A DNA stretch of 63,999 nt, filler included, from Octopus bimaculoides (GCF_001194135.2; 5 parts of 4 records of this genome joined end to end with filler, not necessarily neighbours in it), one strand, 5' to 3'; counted from the whole stretch's first letter, positions 11,691 through 25,066 are shown. The notes: generated by a model not told the origin, from the sequence alone. Program-made: numbers and translations.

Positions 11691-12419
11691 NNNNNNNNNN
11701 NNNNNNNNNNNNNNNNNNNNNNNNNNNNNNNNNNNNNNNNNNNNNNNNNNNNNNNNNNNNNNNNNNNNNNNNNNNNNNNNNNNNNNNNNNNNNNNNNNNN
11801 NNNNNNNNNNNNNNNNNNNNNNNNNNNNNNNNNNNNNNNNNNNNNNNNNNNNNNNNNNNNNNNNNNNNNNNNNNNNNNNNNNNNNNNNNNNNNNNNNNNN
11901 NNNNNNNNNNNNNNNNNNNNNNNNNNNNNNNNNNNNNNNNNNNNNNNNNNNNNNNNNNNNNNNNNNNNNNNNNNNNNNNNNNNNNNNNNNNNNNNNNNNN
12001 NNNNNNNNNNNNNNNNNNNNNNNNNNNNNNNNNNNNNNNNNNNNNNNNNNNNNNNNNNNNNNNNNNNNNNNNNNNNNNNNNNNNNNNNNNNNNNNNNNNN
12101 NNNNNNNNNNNNNNNNNNNNNNNNNNNNNNNNNNNNNNNNNNNNNNNNNNNNNNNNNNNNNNNNNNNNNNNNNNNNNNNNNNNNNNNNNNNNNNNNNNNN
12201 NNNNNNNNNNNNNNNNNNNNNNNNNNNNNNNNNNNNNNNNNNNNNNNNNNNNNNNNNNNNNNNNNNNNNNNNNNNNNNNNNNNNNNNNNNNNNNNNNNNN
12301 NNNNNNNNNNNNNNNNNNNNNNNNNNNNNNNNNNNNNNNNNNNNNNNNNNNNNNNNNNNNNNNNNNNNNNNNNNNNNNNNNNNNNNNNNNNNNNNNNNNN
12401 TATATATATGCATGCACAA

Positions 12420-12882
12420 GTGGGCACAGGACGTCACGAAACGTGTACAACAAAAGATACATGGAACATGAACTATCTTATCGAACAACGAAAGACACAA
12501 ATGGAAAATAAAACAAACAACATAAGGAACGACCCTTCATCGGTTGTTGGCTGTTTTTCTAGTCTCCTATTTCGAACATTTAACAACAATATACGCTTTC
12601 TATAAAACAGTTGCTTCCGCAAAGCAAATTAAATAAAATTTGGGATTTTGCGGAGGATCAAAATTGATAACACAAACAGTGAAAACAAACAGGAAGGGCT
12701 GCTAAGCCTAAACGAGGTTGTGGTGGCGAACGCGTAAATCAAGCTAAGACAAAAGACAAACAAGAACACGTCTTCCTTGTTTCAGCTACAACGGAGGAAA
12801 AAAAAGAAAAAATAGTTCATGTTCCATGTACTTGTGCTTTGTATTTTGTTGTTGTACACGTTTCGTGACGCCCTATGCCCAC
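12420..12882. mobile_element. Foldback/MITE-like element with ~57-71 bp inverted arms
   Basis: 12420-12476 gtgggcacaggacgtcacgaaacgtgtacaacaa...catggaacatgaactat matches the reverse complement of 12812-12882, apart from a ~14-nt indel; TA-rich flanks. Confidence 0.65.
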
Positions 12883-13057
12883 ATATACATACGTATAGAT
12901 GTATGTACATATACGTATGTATATATGCATATATATATATCATTTATATTATATCTATATATGAACACAACAATGTGCGCACGGGCACACACGTGTATAT
13001 ATATGCACATACGTACATACATACATACATACATACATAAATACATACATGCATATA

Positions 13058-13093
<36 letters not shown>

Positions 13094-13199
13094 TGCATAT
13101 ATACATAATGTGTACACCTACAAGCGTATATTCACCTATTTGCGCTCATATGAATATTGATGAACTTACAGATGCAAGAAGGACTAAATACATGTGATA

Positions 13200-13476
13200 G
13201 AGTTTATTTCGTAATGAGAGAGGCGGTTGTGTTGTTGGTGTTGATGGTGAAAGGGTGGTAGTGTAGTTGGTGTCGTATTTATTGGTGGTGGTGATGGCAC
13301 TGTAGGTGGTGGTGGCGGTGGTGATGGTGGTTGTGGTTTTAGTGGTGGTGGTGGCGGTGGGCGTGGTGGTGGCGGTGGGCGTGGTGGTGGTGATGATAGG
13401 TGATGTAGGCCCTGTTTTTATTGGAGGTGGTGAATGTGATACTGGGGCACTGAAGACAAAGGAGTGGTTTTGTTGC

Positions 13477-13543
<67 letters not shown>

Positions 13544-13560
13544 GGTGGTGGTGGTTGAAC
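13200..13560. repeat. Compound (GGT)/(GTT) trinucleotide array
   Basis: Direct. Confidence 0.9.
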
Positions 13561-14622
13561 GATTGTATTGCAGGTTGGAGTGGCTGTTATTTTATTTGTT
13601 ATTTATCCTGGAGAGAATGGTCAGTATCCATGGTGAGTGGACGGCTTACTGAGATTCAAGGGGATCATGTTTCAGCCAAAACATTTATGTGAGGGAATGA
13701 CCTGCAATCCCAGCCCAATCTTAATAATGAGGAAAGTATCCGAACCATGACCATTCCGTTTGTTACGCAGTTATGCAATCATAAAACGTGGCATTTTTTT
13801 TATTTCCAAAATTATTTTATTAGTTTTAGGAAATGAGAATTGCTGTTGGTGTTGTTATTGTTATTGCTGCTGTTGTTGGGTCAGCCTTGATCCAATAGAC
13901 AAAACGTTAAAGGGTTTCAGTGGTGACCATCTCACTTACCAGAGACAATATTATCCAATGAACAGTTTTGTTTTTTTAGGGTTACATTTGGCTCCTTACT
14001 TCTAGGTCATTTTCTTGTACTTATGTATTTGTGGGGAATGCTTACCCGTTTTAAGGCGTTAAATAATTAGTGAGGTTTGAGACTGATTTCGTTTCTATTT
14101 CTAGCAACTGGAGCGGCAAACTAAAGAGTCTTCATACAGTTTGTATTTATGTGTAACCAAAAGCAATAAATTTTTGAGCAGCAGTTAAATTTGCTGAGGA
14201 AATGTATCTGAAATATATCAACACATAAAGCCATGCGCATGCATCAACACAATAACACGTTCCTCAAAATAACGTATAAAATGGTAAAAACAATAACAAC
14301 TGTCGTATATGATTGAAGTATATAATAAAATCCAGAAAACAAAAAATGAAAGCATAAGACTGCCTTAGAATATTCCAAAGAATTAACAGCAAATAAATAA
14401 CAAAAACTGCGCAAAGTATGGATAAAGATAAATTTATATGTAATAATATTTCATTGAGAATAGTATAATATAAATGATAATGATGACGACGACGATGATG
14501 ATGATAACGACGATAATTATAATGGCGGCGGCGGCGGTAATGTAGATAAAATATTGATAATGATGTTTTTTTTATATTTCAGGATTTATTAAAATTTATT
14601 TTCTAACAAATGCTGCTGCTGC

Positions 14623-14760
<138 letters not shown>

Positions 14761-14895
14761 GGTTTCAATTTTTGACACCAAGCCAGCAATTTTGAAGGGA
14801 GGAGGCAAGTCGATTACATTAATCCCAGTACTTGACCGGTATTTTGTTTAAATAACCCCGAAATGAAAAAAGGAAAAGTCTACCTTGGCAGAAAG
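14761..14895 (-). mobile_element. SINE family B, 3' part
   Basis: ggtttcaatttttgacaccaagccagcaatttt...gtcgattac...cccagtacttgaccggta matches the other B copies. Confidence 0.75.
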
Positions 14896-15059
14896 TAACA
14901 TGCCGATGTGGATCTAAGATGGTGGTGTGGATAATAGTGATATAATTAATGGTGACAATAAACAATAATAATGTTGATAAGGATTTACATTTTGATAATG
15001 TTCTATTTAAGTTTTAATTTTCAATATCCTCTTTAATAATAATAATAATAATAATAATC

Positions 15060-15107
<48 letters not shown>

Positions 15108-15112
<5 letters not shown>

Positions 15113-15627
15113 GATGGTATAAACACACGCCAGAAAAGGTCACAGAAAACGAGAAAGCAACCATACTCTGGGATATGCCAATACACACAGATAGAGAAAT
15201 TAAGGCAAATAGACCAGATATAGTTGTCAAAGATCATGAAGAAAAAAAATGCTTTCTAATTGATGTATCAATACCAGCAGATGACAACGTTTCTCTAAAA
15301 GAAATGGAAAAACTTTCAAAATACAAAGACCTGGAAATAGAGATAACTCGAATGTGGAATCTAAAAACAGAAACAATTCCTATCATAGTAGGTGCCTTAG
15401 GTATAATAAAAAAATATTCAGACAAATACATAACAAAAATAGCAGGACTTACAAATATATATAACATACAGAAAATTGCACTACTGGGTACTGCACACAT
15501 TCTACGCAAAACACTTTCAATACAGTAAACATAAGAGCACCACAGCAAACCACAGCACATACCCAAGGCGCACAGAGCTGCGCTCGGTAGTGAAGTGAAA
15601 GCACGTTATAAAAATAAAACTACTGAA
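15108..15627 (+). mobile_element. R4/Dong-clade LINE, 5'-truncated, young family A copy 1
   Basis: Open frame WYKHTPEKV..TILWDMP..ANRPDIVVKD..CFLIDVSIP..KE.EKLSKYKDLEIE (RLE PD..D..K) ending HILRKTLSIQ*; ~100-nt 3' UTR; (TAA)n on both sides. Confidence 0.9.
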
Positions 15628-15647
15628 CAATAATAATAATAATAATA

Positions 15648-15926
15648 GGAAAGTTATGGAGCCTGAGGAAAGTAATGGTGATACCGGTGGTAATTGGAGC
15701 ATAAGGAGCAGTTTCCAAGAGCTTTGAGAAACATTAAGACTATTAGAGCTGTTGTCAGGCTCGAAGTAATCCAGAAGACAGCATTGTTGGGTACAGCTCG
15801 CATTCTGAAGAGATTATTGTCTCTTTGTGTCACAGGAGAAGGCACTACTTGAAACATTTGGTGATTTGTTATTGCCTGCTTTCAAGCAAGGAACAACCGC
15901 AAATAGAACAGTGGGAATCAAAACAA
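15648..15926 (+). mobile_element. Dong-clade 3' end, family B
   Basis: KLWSLRKVMVIPVVIGA*...IQKTALLGTARILKRLLSL; different UTR; TAA-flanked. Confidence 0.8.
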
Positions 15927-15928
15927 TG

Positions 15929-16007
<79 letters not shown>

Positions 16008-16020
16008 TAATAATAATAAT

Positions 16021-16868
16021 AAAGAGACTAAAGGATTTTTAATTGCTGCACNNNNNNNNNNNNNNNNNNNNNNNNNNNNNNNNNNNNNNNNNNNNNNNNN
16101 NNNNNNNNNNNNNNNNNNNNNNNNNNNNNNNNNNNNNNNNNNNNNNNNNNNNNNNNNNNNNNNNNNNNNNNNNNNNNNNNNNNNNNNNNNNNNNNNNNNN
16201 NNNNNNNNNNNNNNNNNNNNNNNNNNNNNNNNNNNNNNNNNNNNNNNNNNNNNNNNNNNNNNNNNNNNNNNNNNNNNNNNNNNNNNNNNNNNNNNNNNNN
16301 NNNNNNNNNNNNNNNNNNNNNNNNNNNNNNNNNNNNNNNNNNNNNNNNNNNNNNNNNNNNNNNNNNNNNNNNNNNNNNNNNNNNNNNNNNNNNNNNNNNN
16401 NNNNNNNNNNNNNNNNNNNNNNNNNNNNNNNNNNNNNNNNNNNNNNNNNNNNNNNNNNNNNNNNNNNNNNNNNNNNNNNNNNNNNNNNNNNNNNNNNNNN
16501 NNNNNNNNNNNNNNNNNNNNNNNNNNNNNNTTTCCCTAAAAGAAATGGAAAATACTTTCAAAATACAAAGACCTGGAAATAGAGGTAACTCGAATGTGGA
16601 ATCTAAAAACAGAAACAATTCCTATCATAGTAGGTGCCTTAGGTATAATAAAAAAATATTCGGACAAATACATAACAAAAACACCAGGACTTACAAATAT
16701 ATATAACATACAGAAAATTGCCCTACTGGGCACTGCACACATCCTACGCAAAACACTTTCAATACAGTAACCATAAGAGCATCACAGCAAACCACAACAC
16801 ATACCCAAGGCACACAGAGCTGCGCTCGGTAGTGAAGTGAAAGCACGTTATAAAAATAAAACTACTGA
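16021..16868 (+). mobile_element. Dong family A copy 2 (gap inside)
   Basis: KETKGFLIAA before the gap; after the gap, sequence nearly identical to copy 1 including the UTR; TAA-flanked. Confidence 0.85.
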
Positions 16869-16885
16869 ACAATAATAATAATAAT

Positions 16886-18681
16886 AAGTGTTCCACATAG
16901 CTGGATCTTAAAGGCATTAAATATATACAGGATCTCTCCTTTCTTAAAAGGTTTTCTACAACACAGTATGAGGCTGTGGAACACAAGATTATTTCTCAAC
17001 CATGAGAAAGACTCGTATATATCAGAGAGTATTAAAATATATCGTGAAACATTCCAGGGCGATTCACTCTCCCCTCTTCTCTTCTGTCGTTCCCTATTCC
17101 CTTGTCCCACGAGCTGAAAAAAACAAATTACGGTTACAAAATGTTTGACCAGATCATCCCGTACTTCCTCTACATGGATGATCTGAAATTATATGCAAAA
17201 GATGACAAGGATCTGAAAAAGCTACTAGTACCTGTGAAAAGATTCAGTGATGGCATCAATATGGAATTTAGCCTTGACAAGAATTTAGCCTTCACAAACG
17301 TAGTAAACAGACAGCTAATACTACGATCCAACTTGATCATGATACATCTATCAAGGACTTGGACCAAGAAGTCTTTTATAAGTATCTTGGGATACAGAAA
17401 GGGAAAGGGGTTCAACACGGATCAATGAAAGAGATCAGGAAAGAGTATTATAGACGTGTCAGAATGGTCCTGAATACTGAGCTGAACTCCCAGAATAGAT
17501 TTGCAGTTATAAATTCCCTGGCGGTACCAGTTGTTCAGTACAGCCTTAATGTCATCAGCTGGAATCTGAGTGAACTCCAGCGTATGGATATAAAGACCAG
17601 GAAACTACTGACACTAAACAGGCTGCAGCACCCAAAATCAGACGTCCAGAGGTTCTATCTCTCACGAAAGAGAGGCGGCAGAGGCTCAATCCAACTTGAA
17701 ACGTCCTATAAAACGACCACCATAGGACTCCAAGTGTACATCCAAAGTAACACCGATTGGATGAAACAGCTGGTAAGGCAACACGAACAGAGTAAGAAAC
17801 TGCACTCAATCTCACAGGAAGCATATAAATATAGACGAGAGCTTAAACTCCCTGATTATGATGATGATGATAAGGATGACGCACCAACCACTAAGGCAGC
17901 AAAAATGTGTAAAACAAACACCAAACAACAAAGCTTGAAGGAAATATCAAGACTGGTAAAAAAAAAAAAACAACCATTGCATAGGCAATACTCCAAACAA
18001 ACTGGGGAAGCTGAGGTAGATAGGAGAGAAACTCAGCAGTGGCTGCAGAGTGTTGGTTTGAAAGCCGAAACAGAAGGGTTTATCCTAGCAGCACAAGATC
18101 AGAGTCTCCTCACTCGGAACTATCAAGCTAATGTTACACACAATGTGGTAGACACAAAGTGTAGACTCTGCAAGGACAAACTTGAGAGTATTGACCACAA
18201 TGTTGCTATATTGTTGCCGGCTGCTCAGTCCTTGCCCCGACAAAATATAAAATCAGGCATGATCGAGTTGGCCAATACTTACACTAGAGCGTATGCTTTC
18301 ACTATGATATCCCGCACCCTAGGAACTGGTATATACATCATCCAGAGTCAGTCACTGAGAGAGGGAATGTTACCATCCTATGAGATTATGGGATACATAC
18401 AGACAGGCAAATAAATGATAACAACTAGACATTGTCATCAAGGACCTAAGCCAAAAACATGCCTGTTAATGGATATGACAGTGTCTACTGATAGAAACAT
18501 CTCAGCAAAGGAGTTTGAAAACCTGTCGAAATATAAGGACCTTGAGATTGAGCTATCTAAGACGTGGCAATTAAAAACCAAAGCCATCCTTGTTGTTGTA
18601 GTGCCTTGAGAATGATCAAGAAGGTACTGACAAATTTTTTTTACCAGATCCCTGGGAAAACAACAATCTATGAGACTCAGC
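16886..18681 (+). mobile_element. Dong-clade LINE (RT to RLE), decayed
   Basis: SVPHSWILKAL, FQGDSLSPLLF, LYMDDLKLY, HPKSDVQRFYLSRKRGGRG, ETEGFILAAQDQ, CRLC.D..E.IDH, LMDMTVSTD..KE.E.LSKYKDL. Confidence 0.9.
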
Positions 18682-19850
18682 TGATGTCATCCAGGACCCA
18701 GAGCAAATACCTGCCTGGTTGACAGAAGGAACAACATACTTTCTGCCAAAAACTGAAGGCACGAAACATCCAAAAAAGTACCGACCAGTAACATGTCTCA
18801 ACACCACCTACAAGATCTTCACATCGATACTATTTGAAAGAATATACACTTTCCTTGAACAGAACTCTATCTTTGCACAAGCTCAAAATGGTTGTAAAAG
18901 GAATTCTTATGGATGCAAAGATCAATTACTCATAAATAAAATGATTGTAGAGAATTGCCTGAACAAAAAAGAACCCGAGTATGGCATGGATAAACTACAG
19001 GAAGGCGTTTGATTGTGTCCCACATAATTGGCTACTCAAGGCCCTTGAGATATATCAGATCTCTCCTATCGCCTCCAAATTCTTATAAGGTAGCATGGCC
19101 AAGTGGAATATACGTCTTCTTCTACACCATAGTAATGGGATGATCCAATCTAACAAGCATCTTTCAAGATGACTCCCTCTTCCTATTACTCTTTTGCAGG
19201 CACTGATCCCACTCTCAAATGAACTGAGTAGCACCAGGTATGGGTTCAAAGTGTATAATATAATAGTAAACCATCTGTTTTATATGAACGATCTGAAGCT
19301 GTTGCTAGAAATGACGAAGAGCTAGTTGGGCTGTTAAGAACTGTTAAAGAGTTCAGTAATGATATCGGGATGGATTTTGGCCTTGATAAGTGTGCTAAAT
19401 AAAGCAACTTTTGTAAGAGGCAAACTCAAACAGATTCCATTAAATTAGATACCAACATTACCATCAAGTAGATTCACCTACAAGAAAGCTATAAATGCCT
19501 GGGGTTAAACGAAGGAGATGATATACAACATGCTACTATGAAGGAAAATATAAGAAAGAAATATTACAGGAGAGTAAGACTCAGTAAAAACTGAACTCTA
19601 AATCTAAAAATCGCATCAAAGGCATTAACACCCTGGCACTTCCAGTAGTCCAATACAATTTTAACGCCTAGACAGGCAGACAAGAAAATTACTAACATCT
19701 AAGAACATGCACCACTCAAAAGCAGACGTTGATCATGTGCCATAAGACCTCCACAATAGCAATGAATAAGTACTTATCTACTACAGAGGATTGGATGCTG
19801 CGGCTTGTGTGCAAGCACGAAAGCGGCAAAAAATCACATTCTTTTGTTAG
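18682..19850 (+). mobile_element. Dong-clade RT fragment
   Basis: PAWLTEGTTYFLPK..KYRPVTCLNTTYKI, QNGCKRNSYGCKDQLLINK, frameshifted downstream RT motifs. Confidence 0.85.
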
Positions 19851-19869
19851 CTGGGAACTGATACGTACT

Positions 19870-19995
19870 TACGACAAAAAGAAATAAGTAGCAGTTGTTC
19901 ACTGGGGTCAACGAAATCGACTCATCCACGCTCTCGAAATTGCTGGCCTTCCAGCAAAATTTGCAATCATTATTATCATTATTACCATTATTAAG
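19870..19995 (+). mobile_element. SINE family B, 3' part with ATT tail
   Basis: aataagtagcagttg..cactggggtcaacgaaatcgact...aaattgctggcctt...attattatc. Confidence 0.65.
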
Positions 19996-20069
19996 TGAGA
20001 AAGTAGTGCATGCCATCAAAGTGACACAGGGGTACAAATATACGAAGCCCAGCTAACAACGTGCCCCCC

Positions 20070-20398
20070 CACCCAAAAAAAGCTTGGTACAAATGTAAAG
20101 GTGGAATACCAACAAAAGTCAACATTGCTTGGTATTGTAAGAGTGAATTTGAGAGGGAAAAGGGTGCCCTTTCCGGATGCACTTGAAGCGTCGAGTGGTT
20201 CAGGTTTGGTGGGGTACCTGAGCCAACTTCAGGTGGTTACCCCCTCCCCCATTGATGAACTTTCATTGTTATATTCTTCCTGTTTGATATTATTGTTATT
20301 GTTTTAATTGTGTGTTCGTTGTTTTGTACAAAACCCCTACTGTCCAGGTCTACTGCATTGTTCCCTATATGTCGGCCCTGGTGGCCAATAAATGAAAT
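20070..20398 (+). mobile_element. Dong-clade 3' end, family F, with structured UTR
   Basis: KLGTNVKVEYQQKSTLLGIVRV resembles the Dong C-terminus; hairpin 20196-20225; ends aataaatgaaa(TAA)n. Confidence 0.55.
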
Positions 20399-20589
20399 AA
20401 TAATAATAATTATTATTATATTAATATTCATATACACACAACAGATTAGACTGTTGGAAAAGAATTATCATCATCATCATCATCATCATCATTATTATTA
20501 TTATTATTATTGCCTTTGCACAGCTAACACTGGAGATGTACTACGGTGCCAGCTGTTTACTACCAGTGAATTAAGGTAATGAAAAGACT

Positions 20590-23059
20590 CCTTAGAAAAG
20601 CGAAAGTGGGAGGGTATCAAGGCAGAGAATGTAAGTTCTGCTTTCAGGAAGTCAAGCAAATGAAGTCTCCAGGAACTTTTGGTTGAATGCCTCCCAGAGA
20701 GTTATAAACTGCTAACAAAACTTTACAACAGTGTTTTGCAATAACCTGGTGCGATTCCCTCTTGGATAGTTAACGGTGTTACATTTTTATTTTAAAAAAT
20801 GAAGAAACAAATGAACCAAAAATTATAGACCCATAACCTGCTTAACAACAATGTATAAAATACTAACATCTGTCTTCACTGAGTACATCTATAGTTTCTT
20901 AATAGAAAGAGGCATCATCCCTGATGATCAAAAGGGATGTAAACGTGGCTCTTATGTTTGCACAGATCGGCTACTCATTAATAAGATGATCTTGGAAGAT
21001 TGTCACAGACAACACAAAAACTTGTCGATAGCTTGGATAGATTGTTAAAGAAGCTTTTGATAGTCTACCATATAGCTGGATTAAGAAATGTCTGGAAATG
21101 TATAAAATAGCACCTACTCTGCGAAACTTCTTATCTGTAAGTATGAGATCATGGAGAACTCCTCTGACTTTGAACAGTGACAATGAATCTCTCAATACTG
21201 GAGATTTCATTTGACATTTTCCAGGATGACTCTCTATCACCACTCCTCTTTTGTCTAGCCTTAATACCTCACTCAAAATTGTTCAATGATGTACAATATG
21301 GCTATAAAATGTTTGATAAAAATATAAATCACATCTTTTACATGGATGATTTAAAGCTCTTTGCAAAAAAAAAAAAGACCAACTACTACAGGGCTTACTA
21401 GCGATTGTTAAATAATTCGCTGATGACATCAGAATGCAATCTGGCCTCGATAAATGTGCAAAAGCTACCTGTACCAAAGGAAAAATCTTGACCAGTAAAA
21501 TATCATAAAGGAGTTAGAACTCGCGGAGAGCTACAGATACCTAGCGTATTTGAAGGTGATGGAATCAGACGTCCAATGCTGAGGGAAAGGATCAGAAAAT
21601 ATTGTTATCGCAGGGTAAGGGCAATTCTTAAGACAGAGCTGAAGGCTAGAAACAGGATCGAAGCGATCAATACTTTAACTATACCAGTCGTGACTTAACA
21701 GTTTCAATATTATTAACTGGTCAAATAATGAAAAATGGAATCTTGACCGAAAAATACAAAAATTGTTGACAATGCATAGAAGGCATCACCCTAAGGCAAA
21801 TGTAGAACGACTTTACCAGCCAAGAAAAGTGGGTGGCCGTGGACTTTTTCAACTGACATTAACAATGAAAATTGCCACAATTGGTCTAATCACCTACCTG
21901 AAAAACTCTGATGACTGGTTATTAAAACTTGTTTTCAAGCACGAAAACAAGAAAACATCATACTCAGTAACAAAACAGGTAGAGAAATATCTAAATGAAT
22001 TCCAAATACAACAAATCACAGAATTAGATGTACTGGAAACAAATACAGAAAAAGTTAAGCGTATGAAAACCCATGCTAAAACTACTGCCTTAGATATTCT
22101 TACTGATAAATGGCAAGAAAAACCTCTCAATGTCAAATACCAAAAGAGAGCTAATAATGTCGATGTTGACAAAGCCTTTACCCATCAATGGTTAGTGTCT
22201 TCTGGCTTAAAATCAGAGACAGAAGGGTTTATCATAGCAGCCTAAGATCAATGCCTACCTAAAAGGAGCTACCAGGCCAACATATTAAAAAACAGCAGTA
22301 GCCCAACATGTCGTGTATGTAAACAACAAAATGAAACCATCGATAATGTTGCCACGCGCAGTCTTCTTGCGCCTACAGAGTATCTCAACAGGCATGATAG
22401 AGCTGCACAATATAATCACTGGATAATTTGCAAAAACCTGGACCTGCCCCATGATAAAAACTGATGGGAACACAAACCACCTCCAGTGCTTGAAAATGAC
22501 CACAACTCACTCCCCTGGAACTTCACCATTCGAACTTACAGAAAGATAGATTCGAATAGGCCAGACATTAAATTGAAGAATTTCAGACAAAAACCATATC
22601 TCCTTATCGATATAACTGTCCCAATCAACATAAATGTATCTATCAAGACCTGCCAAAAACTGAGCAAATATAAAAATCTTGATATAGAAATTGACAAAAT
22701 GTGGTACCGCAAGATTAAAACAATACCTATTGTCATAGGTGCATTAGTAATGATAACAAAAGGAGCTGATGGCTACCTAGCTCAGATACCAGGAGATCCA
22801 AAAATGGGACAAATTTAAAAAATGGTACTCAGAGGACTGCCCATACTCTACGTAAAATACTGTCTATGTAATCTCAAATTTTAAAACAAACATAACTTTC
22901 TTATGTTTTCTTAAACATTCTCTAGAACAATATTATGTACAAAACCAAATATATGGCACCCTAGTCATAACATCAACTTGAACTTCTAACTTGTTGTCTC
23001 TTGAGGTCTCTGAGTGAGACGTGGAGTCAACTTGTACAAATACAAAGCTAAAGTCAAAC

Positions 23060-23061
<2 letters not shown>
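20590..23061 (+). mobile_element. Dong-clade LINE, longest copy in window (RT start through 3' UTR), decayed
   Basis: NYRPITCLTTMYKILTS, QKGCKRGS, FQDDSLSPLLFC, FYMDDLKLF, HHPKANVERLY, ETEGFIIAA, CRVC..ETID, NRPDI..LLIDI..KLSKYKNL; followed by (TAA)n at 23062-23130. Confidence 0.92.
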
Positions 23062-23132
<71 letters not shown>

Positions 23133-23539
23133 CACCGGGGAAGTTTAACATGTGAGTACGATAAATCACTGCTCCGAAACTTATCCANNNNNNNNNNNNN
23201 NNNNNNNNNNNNNNNNNNNNNNNNNNNNNNNTTAATTAATTAANNNNNNNNNNNNNNNNNNNNNNNNNNNNNNNNNNNNNNNNNNNNACAGTCAGCAGCA
23301 GCAGCAGCAGCAGCAGCAGTAGCAACCGCTGACGAAGATGGGAGATGATGAAGTGAAAAGAAGATACAAAACCCCCCAGAATCTAAAGACCGGTTGTAGC
23401 GGAGTAGTAAGTCTGTGTGTCTGTGTGTCTATCTGTCCGTCTGTCAGTCTGTCCGCCCGTCCGCCCGTCCGCCCGTCCGCCTGTCCGTCCGTCTGTCTGT
23501 GTTTGTGTGCTTGCTTAGCTGTCTGTCTATTGTAGAGAG

Positions 23540-23780
23540 AATGGTCAGGGTAAATATATTGACTATGGATATTGTCGTAGTTGAGGTAGCTGTTGAGCCA
23601 GACAGTGTGGTGAATGTGGCGGCGGTGGTAGATGCTCTGGTATTAGTGGTTGGATAGTTGTAGTTCTTGGCTTGTAGTGCTTGTAGTAGCAGTAGTTATT
23701 GTAGTTGTAGCAGATGTTTTTGTAGTAGTAGTTGTTCCATAGTGGTTGTAGTAACAGTGATGGTGGTAGTTGTTGCGAGT
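23540..23780. repeat. Degenerate GTA/GTT trinucleotide tract
   Basis: Direct. Confidence 0.8.
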
Positions 23781-24146
23781 TCAGATGGCAAAGAATCAAT
23801 CATATTGATCTGAAATATTTTCATATTTTACTGACCAAGATAATCCACATTAAATTTGGACCTAGAATTGTGTAGTTAAGGTCAAAGCCGATACAAGAAA
23901 TTTTTACCTAAACACACACACGTGGCATGAAATGAAGAAACTTATGGAATAATGCACGCAGCAAGCAGTTCTTCCAGCTACCATCACAAATTGTGTACAT
24001 AACTGATATTTCGGCTAAAAACGTATTCGACGTTGCACTATGACGTTACAGGCTGCAAAGCTATCTTTCAGCTTATTCACAGTCGTTTAAATTTAACTTT
24101 CGTGAGATAAAAATCTCTAAACAGTCATGTGTGAGGGAAAGAAAGG

Positions 24147-24185
<39 letters not shown>

Positions 24186-24473
24186 NNNNNNNNNNNNNNN
24201 NNNNNNNNNNNNNNNNNNNNNNNNNNNNNNNNNNNNNNNNNNNNNNNNNNNNNNNNNNNNNNNNNNNNNNNNNNNNNNNNNNNNNNNNNNNNNNNNNNNN
24301 NNNNNNNNNNNNNNNNNNNNNNNNNNNNNNNNNNNNNNNNNNNNNNNNNNNNNNNNNNNNNNNNNNNNNNNNNNNNNNNNNNNNNNNNNNNNNNNNNNNN
24401 NNNNNNNNNNNNNNNNNNNNNNNNNNNNNNNNNNNNNNNNNNNNNNNNNNNNNNNNNNNNNNNNNNNNNNNNN

Positions 24474-24511
<38 letters not shown>

Positions 24512-24991
24512 AGGGAAATACTGGTCGAAATTTAACTATATGTCAAAATGTAATGGCATTTTCATCTTATGGCTTTTTCCTTTCCTCTCATTTTTCTTTG
24601 GTTGCTTCCCGTGAGGCTAAGCAGATATTTGTGTCTAGTTAGAATAGTTGGAGAATCTCTAGAAGTACAGCTTTTACGAGCCAAATGATTTAATAAAGTC
24701 ATAGACCACGTTTTCGTATCAAATAATTTCTGACACTCACTTTCGATAATAAATTGTTTATAAAGCTGATATTTCGGTGTAAATTACCCTTGATGTTGCT
24801 CTGTGGAATTACAGGATGTCATATATTCTTTAGATTTCACTGCATCATTTAAGGTTTTTGCATTGCTTTCAAAGTCTCCTTCATTCTGCAATCATTCGTA
24901 AGTGAAAGAAACTCATAGAGAACCGTATGAAATTATTAATTCTCGTATAAGTAGTAGCTCTTGTGTTGCTTCAACCACACACGCGTGTATT

Positions 24992-25022
<31 letters not shown>

Positions 25023-25066
25023 ATGTATGTATGTGTGCGTGTGTGTGTGTGTGTGCTAGTGTGTGT

